Assembly: GCA_008632985.1 (NCBI GenBank)
Contig: QPGO01000036.1
Span: 458,182-522,181, forward strand
Source: Psammoneis japonica
Taxonomy: Eukaryota
Length of the DNA: 64,000 nt
Reading direction: 5' to 3'
The notes beneath the pieces are model-generated. The model was not told the origin of the DNA. It saw only the letters and a program-made list of their open reading frames with translations, and ran no database searches. The position numbers and the translations under genes were made by a program. Shown here piece by piece: positions 1 through 13,560 of the stretch (position 1 is the first letter of the stretch; every line of letters starts with the position of its first letter).

Positions 1-284
1 AAATAGGAGAACTTCAGTGATCTTTCCGGATCGCTCGTTGCGATATCCAACCAATCTTTTCTGTTTGCACTTTGTTCATTCATCATTACAGAGGAAGGCT
101 TCCGCGGGCGTTCTGCTAGTATTATGATCTTGCCTTGCGCTTGCGTGGCGGTTCCAAGGATGAGTTGTTTGCTCGTACCGGTAGGCGAAAGAGCAGGTGA
201 CGCACTGAGGAATGCGTTGCTTTGCTTGGCATTGAATAACCAAAATAAGCCGAGAAAGAAAAGAGGTGTTGTAGAACAGGGCAT
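1..284 (-). CDS. 5' part of a plastid-targeted protein of unknown function (runs off the window edge)
   Basis: Manual translation from ATG at 284 gives MPCSTTPLFFLGLFWLFNAKQSNAF-LSASPALSPTGTSKQ..., open to position 1. Hydrophobic signal peptide, SNAF (ASAF-like) cleavage motif, S/T-rich transit peptide. Confidence 0.65.
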   Translation of the reverse strand, partial: MPCSTTPLFFLGLFWLFNAKQSNAFLSASPALSPTGTSKQLILGTATQAQGKIIILAERPRKPSSVMMNEQSANRKDWLDIATSDPERSLKFSY

Positions 285-457
285 GCTTATTGAATCAATC
301 AAGCTGCTAGGGTTGGTTTCTCAATCGTCAAACGCAGATCAACGCAACGATCAACGACGCCATGGGTTTTAATACGTAGTTATCTCTTCGGTCTCGCGTC
401 CGTTTGTCCGTGGGTTTTGGTCACCGCAAAAAGAAAGTATACACCGGTAGACATCCG

Positions 458-474
458 CTCTCTCTCTCTCTCTC
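458..474. repeat. (CT)n microsatellite
   Basis: ctctctctctctctctc read directly. Confidence 0.8.
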
Positions 475-991
475 AAGCTAGAGAGCTACAGTTAGTAGAT
501 GTAGCTCTACAGTACCGCCATACCTACTCTCTAGAGAGGGCCCTAGTTGACATTGAATGCAACTTTATGAGCAAGAACAATGCCATGGTTGTAGAATCAT
601 TGTTATTTTAGGATTGCTTACTTTTGACTTACTCTACTAGCTTATAGGTACTGGAACCTTGCCGTTGGCTGGTAATGCCGCCCCTTGCTCCTGCTGAGGT
701 TCTCTTAGAAGTCAAGTACCACTCAATGGAAGACTCGAAACTCGGCATATATACATGGTGACTCTGGCACAGCGAGACTTGCTGATAGGAATAGTGCAAC
801 GGTCGACTGATATGATAAGATCTGGGTACTGAAAGGCTATTTTAAGTTATCTACTGCACGGTAACTGCGTCCGAACATGGGATGAACTCTTTTATGGCGA
901 ATAGTAGTACGCCTTGTTTCGCCATCAATCTAAAACGAGGTACTTTAGCAAACTATTGATTTGTTCACCGTCACCTCTTACCGGCCGCTCG

Positions 992-2082
992 TTACATTTC
1001 CGCAATCAAATCCTCAAATTCGCCCTTCTTGAGATAAGTCAGAAACCCAACTCCCGTAGAGGCGTCGGGGCCCTTAACGTCAATGTCAATGCAGTGACAT
1101 TTGTCGAGATACTTGCGGATAACATCATCCTTCTTGTGCTTTTTCTTGGGCTCTTTCAAATTACCGTGGGTTAGGAGCGCCGCGATCAATCCCGCTACGT
1201 GAGGTGCGGCCATGCTTGTGCCGCTCATGGTCTGATATTCGCCTCCGGGCTTGAGCGAAACAACGTCCACTCCAATGCCGGCGTAATCAACATGAGGGTT
1301 ACTGTTAGAGAAGTAGGCGACAGGAGTATTGTCCTCCTTGCTGACGGCAGCAACGCTAATGGCTTCTTCCCAGAGAGCGGGGTAGCTGAAACAGAGGGGG
1401 GAAATTGGTCGAGAAAAGGAATTACGGTACAGTAGCAAAAATAATGAGACGAGCAAAAGAAGAGAGTGACAACCAAATGAAAGTCACAATTACTGAGAAT
1501 AGTATAAGAGAAACTAGGATGCACGTACCTGCGCTCGTTTGTAAGCGGGTTGTTATCGCCTTCGTTGCCGGCTGCACATACGACTATTACTCCCTGCTTT
1601 TCAGCGTACTGCACGGCAGTGCGGATGGCAACACTGGGCCATCGCCCACCCAAACTCATGTTGATTACATCGCATCCATCAAAGCAAGCCTCGAATATGG
1701 AGATAGAAATGGCTTCCTCGACACCGAAAGGCCCTTCTTCACCAAAGACGCGATAGTCATAAATCTCCGCATCAGGAGCCATCATGTGGATAGTTCCCGC
1801 GACATGCGTCCCGTGATCATCCACTGTCAATGGCGTGCCCCAACGAAACCACAGTTGCTTCTTTATCTGGCCGTGGAACCCCGGATGGGTCTCGTCCACA
1901 CCCGAGTCGATCACGGCTACGCGAACCCCCTTGCCTGTGAGACCGTCATCGCGGAGTTTCTGGCCTCCTGTAAGACGGATCCCGAGCGGAAGCTCTTCTT
2001 CACTTACGTCGCCACAGGCACTGCGGGAGACAGCAGGGCGAACGATGTCTTTGTCGGTAACGCGAATGGGTCCATCGGACAT
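992..2082 (-). CDS. Subtilisin-family (S8) serine protease, intracellular-type; 2 exons (2082-1529, 1385-992), intron 1386-1528
   Basis: Catalytic motifs VAVIDSG, HGTHVAGT, AAGN, GTSMAAPHV. Removing the GTACGT...TTTCAG intron joins NER-S-YPALW in frame. No signal peptide or prodomain. Confidence 0.92.
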
Positions 2083-5000
2083 GGTTGAAGGATTTTTTGT
2101 GTTCGTCTCGCGCTGCGATCTTGTGAGCGAATTTTTCTGCGATTAATCGTTAAATAAGAATTTATATAAAAAATATGCTCTGAAGAATAAATAATGTGGT
2201 TCTCATCTTTTTCCAAATCTACAGAGATAAAAAGTAAAATCAAATAATGACAATGAGACATGGCCACACAATTGAGTTCTTCACACCCGCCAAATTTGAA
2301 CTTCATGCGACACCAGACCGCGTGGATTGGAATTGAGGTGGGCCTCTCTCTAGAACCCAATCTCTCAGCTTTTGGCCAGCTGGAGGCCCTCTCCAGCCAG
2401 TGGCAGCAAGTGGGTGGCATGCACTGCACATGGCAGTGACAGGCCAGGCCAAAAGCACCAAACATGCGCAGAACTCATCGCGCAAACAGACTGCCGCTGC
2501 TGCTGCGGCTGCTCCTCTCCTTGTGGGGCATGTGTGGCAACACCCAATTGCTTGGGTGGCAAAGAGCAAAGGGAAAAGCAGATTGATGAGTTGTTGAGCT
2601 TTGAGATGAAATCCACTCCCCCAACATGGGGGGTCTGTGTGTGTGAACTGTGCTCAGAAACTTGCAATGAGAGCGAGACTCTGGTGCTGCTTGGCATCTC
2701 TTGAGGTGGCCATGCTCGTCAACACTCACATTTGCAATCACCACATCAAACTGAAACAGTTTTAGAGACAACACAAATGATGCATCTGGGTGCCTTTTGA
2801 CAGAGAAATTGAAGATGACTGGGTGGAAGAAAACAGCAACTCCTTGCTGCCATCTAAACAGCAGATGAGTCTCCATGCAGAGACCATTGCAGGAGCCAAA
2901 AGACTGGTGTCATGATGTTGGCACTGCTGTTGTTGTTCTTGTGAGCCAAGTGGCTCAAAAGCAAGCTGCATTGCATGATGCACATGGAGCTGAGAGCACA
3001 CACAATTGTTTGTGACAAACTGAAATCTTGCTCAAATCCTGTCACCTTTCATGAGGCAACTCTGCTGCTTGGCATGGCTGCTGCTTCTGGTTGCTGAAAT
3101 GAATGTGTGCCCTCCCTGGCAGAGGCAAGCTGGCTGTGTGCCAACCAGATCTCTCTGCAGCTTGAGATTTCTTTTGACATGATCTTCATTTCTGAGGTTT
3201 GTGCATGTTTCTTGCACACCTTGTTTCTTCTTGCAACTCAGTGGGTTGATGGGGTCCTTGGCTTTCTGATTCATTCTTGTCTGCTTCTGAGTTGACCTGT
3301 TGATGTTGTTGCTGCTGTCCCTGTTGCTGATGGTGCTTTTTGGGCTTTGTGGTGAACATTCCTGACAAACACCTGTTCTTCTGCAGCAACCTTGTTCCTC
3401 TTGTTTGTCGCTCCTTGCTGGCAGCTTGGTTGTGGTGCAACTTTGATGTGTTTTGAAACAATGCTGCACTGTGCACAAGGAAAAGCCAAAGCCACCCTCT
3501 GACAGATCTCACCAAGCAAGGCCATCAGACAAGTGGCAAAAGCCACACTCTGAAGCATGTGGATTTGTCAACACGAGAATGAGCGCAACTCTGGCAAGAG
3601 CTGCTCACCTCTGTCTGATGGGCTTGAGAGTCCCCTCATCCCAGATCAGCTCCAGGCATGATCCCCAGTGGGGAGATGGCACTGGTGGTCTGCTCCCCTG
3701 TGCAGGCACTGGAGCACTTGCAGAATGACAATGTGATCCACATGTTGAGATGACATGTCATCACCCCAGCTCAAGATCACATCCAAATGCCATCTCCAAA
3801 AGACTTCCAACACTGCCAACTTCTTTCAAATTCTGCACACAATGATCAGAAAATTAAGAGTGCAAGTCCCAAATTTCCATGTTCTTGCAACTGCATTGAC
3901 TGTGTGAACAGTGAGCCCCGCTTTTCCTTTGTTGTTTCAGTGACAAGATTCTGTTGATCTGAGCCCTGAGATGGCTGCTTGTGTGACTGTGCAGTGTGTT
4001 GGTTGGCATTCATTTTGCACCTCCTTTTCACAATGACATGAAGCCATTCTCTTTTGAGATGCTTGTCACAAAGTTCATTCTTCAAAAACCTCAGTTGTTT
4101 GAAAAAAATTCATCCAAGCATGTGTTTTGAAACAAGAGCACCACATCATGAAGCTGGCAGAAAGTTCATTTAGAAACACACATGCAGTGTGCCATTGACA
4201 GAAGTGTTGAACAGATGAAAACAAACACATGGGCATGCTGTGCTTCAAGCCTGCAAACACGTGCAATGTTTCAAACACAAGATTGGATGGTGCTGCAGCA
4301 TGAGTTGTCAATGAAGGGACTGCAAGAAAAGAAGCACAAAAGACATGTGCCCCACACACCTCAAAATGCAAGAAGAAAACAGATGGGGAAAACAAAAAGC
4401 ATGAATTTGAGGGTTGTGAGGTGCAACGTTTAACTGTGCCTGTGGCTTTCGTCCCTTCCTGTGCTTGTTCAAGACTCAAGTGGTTCTCATTGCATGATGC
4501 TTGTTGCAGGAACAAAAAGGACATCACCATGGCCAGCTGGCAGAGTGCCTTCCTTTGCACATGGGCAGCAGGTGGCCATCAGCTGTGCTGCCAGGAGAAC
4601 CCACAGCATCATTCCTGAGTTTTCCTGCCCTGATTCTGGTGAACAGAGACTTTGCTTCACCACTTGCAGCAACTCCAGCCAGCGCGCACAACCTGTGCAA
4701 GTTGTTGTCAGATTCAACATGAGCCCCGCTGGTGCACCACATGTTCCCCACTGGATTTTTCACCTTTTTGGAGCGGGGCAACTTTTTGTGCATGTCTTTT
4801 TGAAGCTCCCTGTGTGTGTGGAGGGAGCAGCACGTGCACCCCGCCAGCCATCTGATGGACAGCTGCACACTTTCCCACAATGTTGATGTTCTTGCTCCAT
4901 CCAGATGGAGCAACTTCAAACAATGTGTGTTGTTGTTCCTCCTCACATCAAGTTGCCCTGAGGCAAATGTTGACACAGCCCTTGTGTGCTGCATCTTTGG

Positions 5001-5884
5001 CTTTGTGCACTTTTTTGCACTCACATGGTCATGGCTGCACTCACAATGCCATTTGTGTCTCCATGTGGTGCTCATGTCAACAGAAGAGATCTCTGGAAAA
5101 ATCATGAGAATGTTGTTCACTGAGCTGTGCAACAGGAAGAGCAAACGCAATGCTGTTGCAGCTCAAGGGCAAAGCAAGCAGCCATGACCCACACCCAAAC
5201 TTGCTGGCTCAAGCAGTGACATCTCAAGCAGTGCAGCACCTCCCAACTGCTGGCCAATGGTCAGCTGCTCTCTGGAGAGGCAACGGGTGGCATTGCATCT
5301 TCCTGGGACTGGAGTTTGTTCTTCTGCTTGCATGGCACCACACCACAGCCAGAGAGAGAGAGGAGGTGGGATCCTTGCTCACAACCAACAAAGCTCTCTC
5401 CCACTCTGCTGTGTTTTGTGGGGATGGCATTGCAAAATGTCCATTGTCAAATGGTTTCTGTCCATGCATGGCACATTGTTTGCTGTGGGGCTTTTTAGTT
5501 TTGTCATGACAACACCGGGTCTTAAAGGGAACAGCATGGCCCCTTGGTGGGAATGACTCTTTGTGACCAAAACTTGGCACATCACAAAAGTGAACAACAA
5601 CTGGAGCTCCAAAACTGTGTGAACCCACTTGCTGGCTTGAACCCAAGCATGACTTCAAAACAAGGGCACAAGGCTCATTGCAGACATTGCTCACTCAACA
5701 CATTTCCCGCAAAGCTGAAAGAAAATCTTTGGTGTGTTGGTGCACCATGTGCATCACTGCTCTCCTGCATTCCGTCATTGTCTGCTTCATCTTCATTGCA
5801 TTCACAGCAACGGGTGATGCACACCTTCTCCATCATGACAATGCTGAGGAGAACCAACAAATCATCGTGAAGCTCATGTGGGAA

Positions 5885-6037
5885 AAGAACAGTGCCGACC
5901 CTCTTCCCAGGTGCAGCAGATTGTGCCTGTCAGACAAAGACTGCCAAGGAGCCCTTGTCTGTTTCAAGTGCAAGCATTTCAGCAAAGTTCCTGGATGCCA
6001 AGGAAAAGGAAAGATGAGTGTTGGATGCTGCATTTGA
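5885..6037 (+). pseudogene. Decayed frustulin-type acidic cysteine-rich (acr-like) domain
   Basis: PLPRCSRLCLSDKDCQGALVCFKCKHFSKVPGCQGKGKMSVGCC follows the diatom pattern LgxCxGDCDxDxDCxxxLxCFqRxxxxxVPGCxGxGxxxxDYC. Confidence 0.6.
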
Positions 6038-8519
6038 CAAGGAGATGCTGTCACAAAGTCACTCAAGTGCATTTGAAAGAATCAATTCAGAGATCAAAGA
6101 TGAGGATTGTTGTGCACTCAAATGTCAGACAGGAGCAACGTTTGGTGATGCAGATGTGAAGAGGATGAGCAAATTGCTGCAAGTCTGAAAGATTTGCTGA
6201 AGTGCTGACAGAGGTGTCTGTCTGCCTTTCTTCTGATGGCTCTCTGTTCCACTGGGTTTCATGCTGTGCTGCCAGGGTGAAAACGTGTTTCCCAAGGAAG
6301 CGCACCTTTGATCATGGTTGATGGGTGATTTGTTTGCCCAACATGTGACAGGCATCTTCACCACAGAGAAGACAGAAGCTCCAGACTGAATGTCAAAATG
6401 TGACATGTCAGTCACCAAAAGTGTCTTCTCATCATGCACTGCTTCATCCCATCTGGTCAACCAACTCAGCTCCAGTTTGAATGCTTTGTCAGTGTTGTCA
6501 GTGTTCCCACTCTGCAGTTCATGTGAAAACAGAGTCAGCATCACATGAGTGACATGAGTGCAACCCTCCACCTGGGGGTGGCAGTCACTGTGCAGACTGC
6601 AGCACAATGACTGCCTCTGGCACTGAACTTGTCTCCCCATGTGTGACTCTTGTCAGTGGAGAACTTGGGCTGACATGTGACAACCACAAACTTGGCAATG
6701 AAGACCAAGTGATTCCATCCCATCCTGCACAGAAGAGACAAACTGTGGTGGTTGATCTGCAGTCGAAGTCTCATCCAGCTTCGTGCAAAATGACTGGCTG
6801 AGAGCACTCTAATGCTGACATGTGCTTGGGGTGCTTGGCCAGGCAGATGCAGCCCATTGACCCATGTCAATGCCGTCATGTGGTTGACGAGTGACTGACC
6901 CAAAAATCTTTTGTTCTTCAACTGCTGTGGCCCCTTGAGCTGAAGCATTCCCATGATCCAATGTGGTGGTGATGAGCATGAAAAGGTGCTTCCACCATGG
7001 GCACCATGTGGACAATGCATTCCGCTGGACAGGGACGGTGCATGTTTTGGGGAAATGTCTGGCAGGCTGATGAGTTGTGTGGCCTGAAAACATTCATCAT
7101 TGCCTTGCCCCACTGGTTCTCAAAGCTGTTCTTGCCCACATGTTGAAAGTGTTGCAAGGTTGTCAGGTTTTTGGTGGCATCCTTGAAAAGTGATGCAAGG
7201 TTGCAAAAAAGATGATTTTTGTCCAGGTTGCCAAAAGACTCAATCTCCAAATTGCAGATTGTGGTTGTGACCCATGGTTTGTGTGGCTTGACAATGATGT
7301 CATTGCCCGCCATTGTCGTCCATCATTGGCTGAGACATCATTTGGCAGCAGCATTGGAGAGAACGGGTGGCAACTGTGCTTTTCATTGCAACTGCCCTGA
7401 CCCCATGCACTGTGCCAGCACAATGAGCATCACCATGTTGAGTGCAACAACAAGCACCTCATTGGATCTTCTCTCAAGAACAAGCACATTGCATTGCTGT
7501 GTGTGTCAAAAGATGAAGTGGTCCAAAGGTTGAGCACTCCAGCAGTGCTCACAGCACAAAATTGTGCAATGCTGTTCATGATGTTGTTGAACAAAGCATC
7601 TCAGTGCACACACAAGCAAGATTGCAAGTTGATTGCACAGCTTTGCAAGCAAAAAGAGGAAGGGAATGCACAAAAGAAGTGCACACTGTTGGCACAAGCA
7701 GCCTTCATGACAGCACCTGGAAGAGTGGAAGCAACCACCAGTGCACAGAGTCATGGGCATCAAGCCTTGACTCACAAGCAAGAACAAGAGGTGCACATCA
7801 TGCTGGCTTCATTGTGTGCGTGTGTCTCCCCCCTGACCTGCCTCCATGACCAGCCAGAGACAGATGGGTGGTGAGACAAAGTTGGGATTTGGGGCTGATC
7901 ACTTTCAAAACAACTGAATTTGCAAGTGGTCTTTGCACACAAAATGGCATCCAATGACTTTCAAAGGCTTCAGGGTTGACATTTGAGGGAGGTGGTGGTT
8001 GTCCCCACTTCTTTCACTTGCACTTTGCTCCAAAAAGCTTGCAACTGCCATTGTGCAGCATTTCAGATTGGCACCTCAGGCATCATCCATGCCAAGCTTG
8101 CCACAAGCACACACACCAGGCCCACGTGTCTCTTGTTGTCAACTGGGGGCTTCACTGTGTTCCACATTGGCCAATGTAAAAATTCCTGTCATCAGCATGC
8201 TGGCACCAATGAAGAAGGTCTGGCCTTGAAACAAGTCTCTGGGAGAACAAGGCTGTGTGGCACTGGCAACCTGCGCACACCAATCTTGTCTTGCGTGCCT
8301 CTTCTCTCTCTCATGGAGCTGGCCAGTGACCTTTGTTGTGCAACAAGCTGTTGTTGTCAGGCAAGGTTGGCACTGGCTGCTGTTCTCTGATTTCTTTTTG
8401 CACCAAATTCTTTTGAGTCCTTGCAAATCCACTTTTCTCAACAATCTGTCCTTGCTTGCAAGCCTTTGATTCAAATTGCGAGTCTTGTCACTGCTCAAGA
8501 AACCCACAACAGAACAGCA

Positions 8520-9740
8520 TCATTGTCACATGGAGTGAAGCAATGATCAAGAGATTGGGAATTTGGGCACCATCGCCAAGGGTTTCATTGCTGTGATTGC
8601 AACAGAGCTTGAAGAAGACATTCTTGTTGATGTCAAAACAGAACTTCAAAGCACCTTTGGAGCCCTTGCCAAAACTCGATTGCATTCTTTCCTTTGCATG
8701 CTGCGCTGCCGATGTCAACTCACCAGGCCCCAGTTGCTCCCCATTGACCAAACACACTCAAATCAAGAATGGCAGGCATCTGCTGCAAGAGCTCATGGCA
8801 GAAGCGGATGGTGGATTCATTCAGATTGATGCAAGCATGGACACAGATCACAGTCATGTCAACATCACAGCCAGATCCAACTTCAGTGGCAAGAGTTGCT
8901 GCACACTCATCAGGTTGGAATGCTTGTGCACACAGCACATGTTGGATGCTGTCTTCCCTGTGATGCTGCTGGGATTTTCATGATGGATCAAATTTTAACC
9001 TGTGTCAGTGCTGAAACTCGCTCTGTGCCCCAGAGCAGCTTTCAGCTTGATCTGATGCAGGCAGCTTCCATTGTTTGTGGGAGCCCCCCATCGTCACTTG
9101 TGCTCATTGAGGAATTTGGAAAACGAGCACACGGACTCTCTGGAGTGCTGCTGGCTGTTCAACACTCATTCATCTTGTTTTGCTGGCATGCTTGCACCAC
9201 TGAAGGCACCAGCCCGTCATTTGGTGTTGCTGTTTTGTCAGCGGAAAGCAAAGAAGCTTTCTCGCATGAAATGCAAAGTCATTTGCATGACCCATTTCCT
9301 GGAAGTCTTCAGCTTGGGATTGCTTTCGGATGGTGCAGATGGAGGTTGTGCACGCCAATGATGGTGCACATTCCAGAGTCAAAGAGCAAGGATGAAGAAG
9401 AAAACTTTGGTGCAGCGCCCTTGTTCAAACCAGAGCAGGGTGTTGCCAAGTCGTTGGCAGGGCTTGTGTGTGCCAAGAGAGCTGGCGCGCAAACAAGAAA
9501 GTCCCAAATGGAGGAAAGGGAATCCTTGTTGCTGCCAAAGAAGATGGGTGCACCATGCAACTGCTCAAAGAAAGCATGAGTCTCCCAGAGCTAAAGCCAG
9601 AGGTGAAGGACGTCTTGTGCATGTTTCTGGGAGTCAACTCATTGGCAAATGCCACAGATGAACAGCTCAAGGTGCTGGGGTGTAAACTGGCTGCTGTTTC
9701 CATCCTGCAGCAGGGGCGCTGCAGTTGGGGGCAGCTTGCA
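8520..9740 (+). pseudogene. MSH5: MutS homolog 5 (MSH5) pseudogene, ATPase half, multiple frameshifts
   Basis: Across frames: LDCILSFACCAAD, IKNGRHLLQEL, Walker A remnant NFSGKSCC, QVGMLVHTAHVGCCLPCDAA, SVPQSSFQLDL, SLVLIEEFGK..GTSP, CMTHFLEVF, PLFKPEQGVAKS.AGLVCAKRAG. Confidence 0.85.
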
Positions 9741-12700
9741 CAGACAACAAAGAGACAAGACATGTGGGGTGATCAATCCAAGCATTTCTGCTTTTTCTTT
9801 TTTTTGGCACTTCTTGTGTTTCTTGCCTTCAGTCCTTCATTTCTTGGGCAGGAGTTTTGATGCAAGGGAAAGTGTGTTTTGCAGCAAAGGGACCAGGCAA
9901 AGCTGGCAGATGAAAATGATGTGGCCTGGCATTGCAATTGCAGAGGCATCTCTGTCCTTCCAAGGTGATCCTTTTGCACACAGCATCAAGCACAAAATGG
10001 TCTTGGAACTCTCTCAATGGCACACCAAGTGATGATGCAGACTTGCACTGCAAATTGAAAAGTGGCTGATGCTTCCACCAATGATGACATTCTGTTGCTT
10101 TGGTTCAGTGCCTGGAGCAGACAACAGATGATGCACAGCTTGTGGATTGATCGCTGCAACACACAACACACAAAAGTGCCATGTGCAAGGAGCACAAGCT
10201 TCAACACCACAGAGGGCAAGAAAAGCTGGCACTCCAACAAATGTTGGGAAAGGAAGTGGGTGCTGTTGCAGCCGCGCATGCTGGAGAATGCTGGAGAATG
10301 AAAGAAAGAAGAAAACTGGGGTGCAAGCCAATGGAACCACACCTTGGCAATTGTGTGTCTGTGACAAGATGATTGGATTTCATGAACACATGCATTCGTG
10401 CACAACTTTGGCCCATGCATTGCCGCCGCAGTGACACTCTCCAGTGCATCTTTCTGCAGCACCATGCAAGAGCCAATGTGGTGACACCATGAGCCCATGA
10501 CACCACAAGCCCAATGGCAAACACAGAATTCCCCACAAGCAGAGCTGCAAAGTGCATGCAGGTGGCGACAAGCATTTGACTTGAGTGGCAGTCTTGTCTC
10601 CTGCGTGAACGTTGTCTTGATGTGGATGGCGGGTGCAAAACGACAGCTGCTTGCTTGCCTCCTCTTTGCTCTTGTTTTCATTTTTGATGTTTTTTCAGGA
10701 TTTCCACACACACACCAATGCTTCCTTTTTCGAATTTTTGCAAGATCTCATTGTCCCTTTTGTCTCAAGTGAGGACCATGACAAAAGACATCAGATTGCT
10801 TGGCCACTCTGCCAGATTCTTTTGCAAGCTGCTTGCTTTTTCCATGAGGCATGTCCACCCATTTGTTTTTGTTGTGGATTTGCCACGCAGAGAGTTCATT
10901 GGCTGTAAGAGCCAATCACAGAAACAACTGCTCCTCCATTAATGCACCTCCGCATGAGCAGAAGGACTGCACTGCCAGCATGTGGGTGCACAGCTTGAAG
11001 CTGTCCAGCACCCAAAGACGTGCCTGATGTGCACAGGATTGGAGTGTGCAAAATTTTTGGTCATGATTTGGCGGGACTTGTGGGCATGAATCGAGTCCGC
11101 CAACTTGTGTGATGCCCGCGAGCCCCGCCCACTCAGCCGACTTGTGACACAAATGGTGTGCAGGCTGTGGGCAAGATTTTTTGTTTCAAAATGCATTGTG
11201 CATTGTTTGTGCAGTGGAGGAGTGTTGCAATCACCCTCAAGACATTGAGCGGGCTCTCAGTGCCAATGGCAAGATAAAGACAGTGCAAAAATGGCCTGTC
11301 ACAACCCTGGATGACAATCTGCCCTTGTTGCCACCCGGTGAAGAAGGGTTCTGGACATGCAATCCAGCGTGCTTTCCTTGTCCCTTTTCACTTTCATTTC
11401 ATGTCATGCCTCCAGACAATGCCCATGAAATGTGGCCACAATCAAACATCCAAGACTTCTCAACAGCAAGATCTGTTTCTTGCAAGCCAAACCAATGCAC
11501 TGGCAAGATTTGCCAATGCTTTCTGAACAAGGGTTTTCACATTTCAGTGCTGACCTGCACCTCTCTTGCATTGTCAGCTTGATGGTCAACTTGCACCCAG
11601 CAAACAGCTGCTGGCTTCATGCATGTCTTTGCTTTTGTGACAAAGTGTCGTGTGTCAACATCACAGAGTGAAGCCAAGAGAAGCTCAATGGCATGCTGTG
11701 AGAATCAACAATGGCTGCACGCTCTTGCTGCAGTCATGCAAGGACTCGATGCAGCAACTGACTGATTGCAGCTCTGAGCAGATGATGAAGGATGCCAATC
11801 TCAGCCTTTGATTTGATTTGTTCACAAACCACAGAAATGTGAACTGTCCTGCTGCTTTGCAGAGGTTTCATGTGAATTGGCAAATCTCATTGTCATCAAA
11901 CTTGAACTGATCCAGAATGGCAGATTCAAAATTGCGCTCTTCGAGAGTCTGCTGACGTTGCAACTTTCAATGCACTCAATCCTCTGGTCGAGGAGTGAGC
12001 AGGGTGTCTTCATTGAATGCCCATGTTGGAGTTGTTTTGGCAGCTGCCAATTGACTCATGAGGGCTTGTGTTCTGCATCAAGCTTGCACAGACATGCCTG
12101 TGAAATCTCCTGATGTGTTCAATGCCGTTGTCTGCACAATTGTTGTCAGCCATCCCTTGGCTTGAGTGTCAACTTTAAAGACATGTTGCATGCTTTTTCA
12201 AAAGAACAACAAGATTCAATGAGATGTCTTCTGCCCTGGAACGTGCCCTCAAAATCACCAAAGCTTGAGCATGTCAGGAACAATCAACTTGCTTGATCAG
12301 CTGTGTCAGCATCCATCCAATTTGAAGCGGCTGAGTCAGGCTCTGTGTTCAAAAGATCATCCTTTGCCACAGCTTGGGCAGTTGGCCAACCAATGCTTCA
12401 GATTGCAAAGGGGAAAACGCAGCTTGCAGATTCAATCTTGGACAAAAGAAGTCACTCAACAAATCATCAGGCAGAAGGAGTGTTGCACAAACATGGTGCA
12501 CTGGAAGCAGATGCCTGCCACTGAAGGAGGAACTTCCCATGTGGAAAAACTTTCTTTGCTTCACAACAAGTGCACACACTGCCTCAAGAATCTGTTGCGC
12601 TTCCTTTTCCTCTTCTATAAAGACTTCCTGACCTTCACATCCTGTGGCAACTGCAGGATGTTTGTCGGCAGTTGGTGGATGTTGCTTGCACCTGACTCAA

Positions 12701-13129
12701 AGCAGTCTGGGATGGCAGTGCTTGCTGGTTGCTCCAAGCAGCTGTGGCGTGCATTGGCGCTGAATCTCAGATGACCTGTTGTTGCTCATTTTCTTTTCCT
12801 TTTTCTTTTGCTTCTGCTGCTCTTGTCCAAATGACACTGCGTTGAGTTTGCACCACACAGCATTGTTGCCTCATTCACCACCAGCATGTTGAAGAACAGA
12901 GATGGCAACTGAGGTGCAAGCCTGCAGTGGTGGACTTGAATTCATTGGCCATTGCAACATCATGCAATGGTCAACATGCAGACAAAAAAGACTCACACCC
13001 AGATGTGGTGTGAGCAGCAAAACAGCTGGGGGGTGCTTTTGGGCTTGTCAGGAGCTGTGCGGAAAGAGAGTCTGCCAACACAGAAGCAGACAGACATTTC
13101 AAAATGCAGCAATTGTGCTGTGGGAAGTT

Positions 13130-13560
13130 GAAACTCAGAATTCTGCTGTGCATGGAGTGCCTTGGGAGGGTTCTTGCTTTGCACAGGTTGCGCGCATCAT
13201 CGATCAGTGATGGCACTGTCATGGAGTGCATGTGAACAAGTGGACACTGTCTTGTCACAGGAGGTGGAGACGGCAAGGTTCATGCTTTTTTGCTGACAGA
13301 TCTTGTCGACTTCTTGGAAACTCCAGATGGGACGACGATTGCCCCACTTCGCACCTGGTTGCATCACCACTTGTGGCAACTGCGCTCAAGGTGTTGCCCG
13401 GGGACAGAATGGCAACAGCCTCAGATGACTGCAAGGTTTCAATCATTGAACTCTTTTCAGATGCAGCAGCTTTGACTGTTCAAATGACACACTCATTGCG
13501 TTTGTTAGAACACCCGGCTGGTCGCCAGTTTGCCAGTGCGGGTCAAGGAAGCATGTGCAC
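13130..13560 (+). pseudogene. Decayed WD40-repeat gene fragment
   Basis: VATALKVLPGDRMATASDDCKVSII resembles a WD40 blade; only one convincing repeat. Confidence 0.4.
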
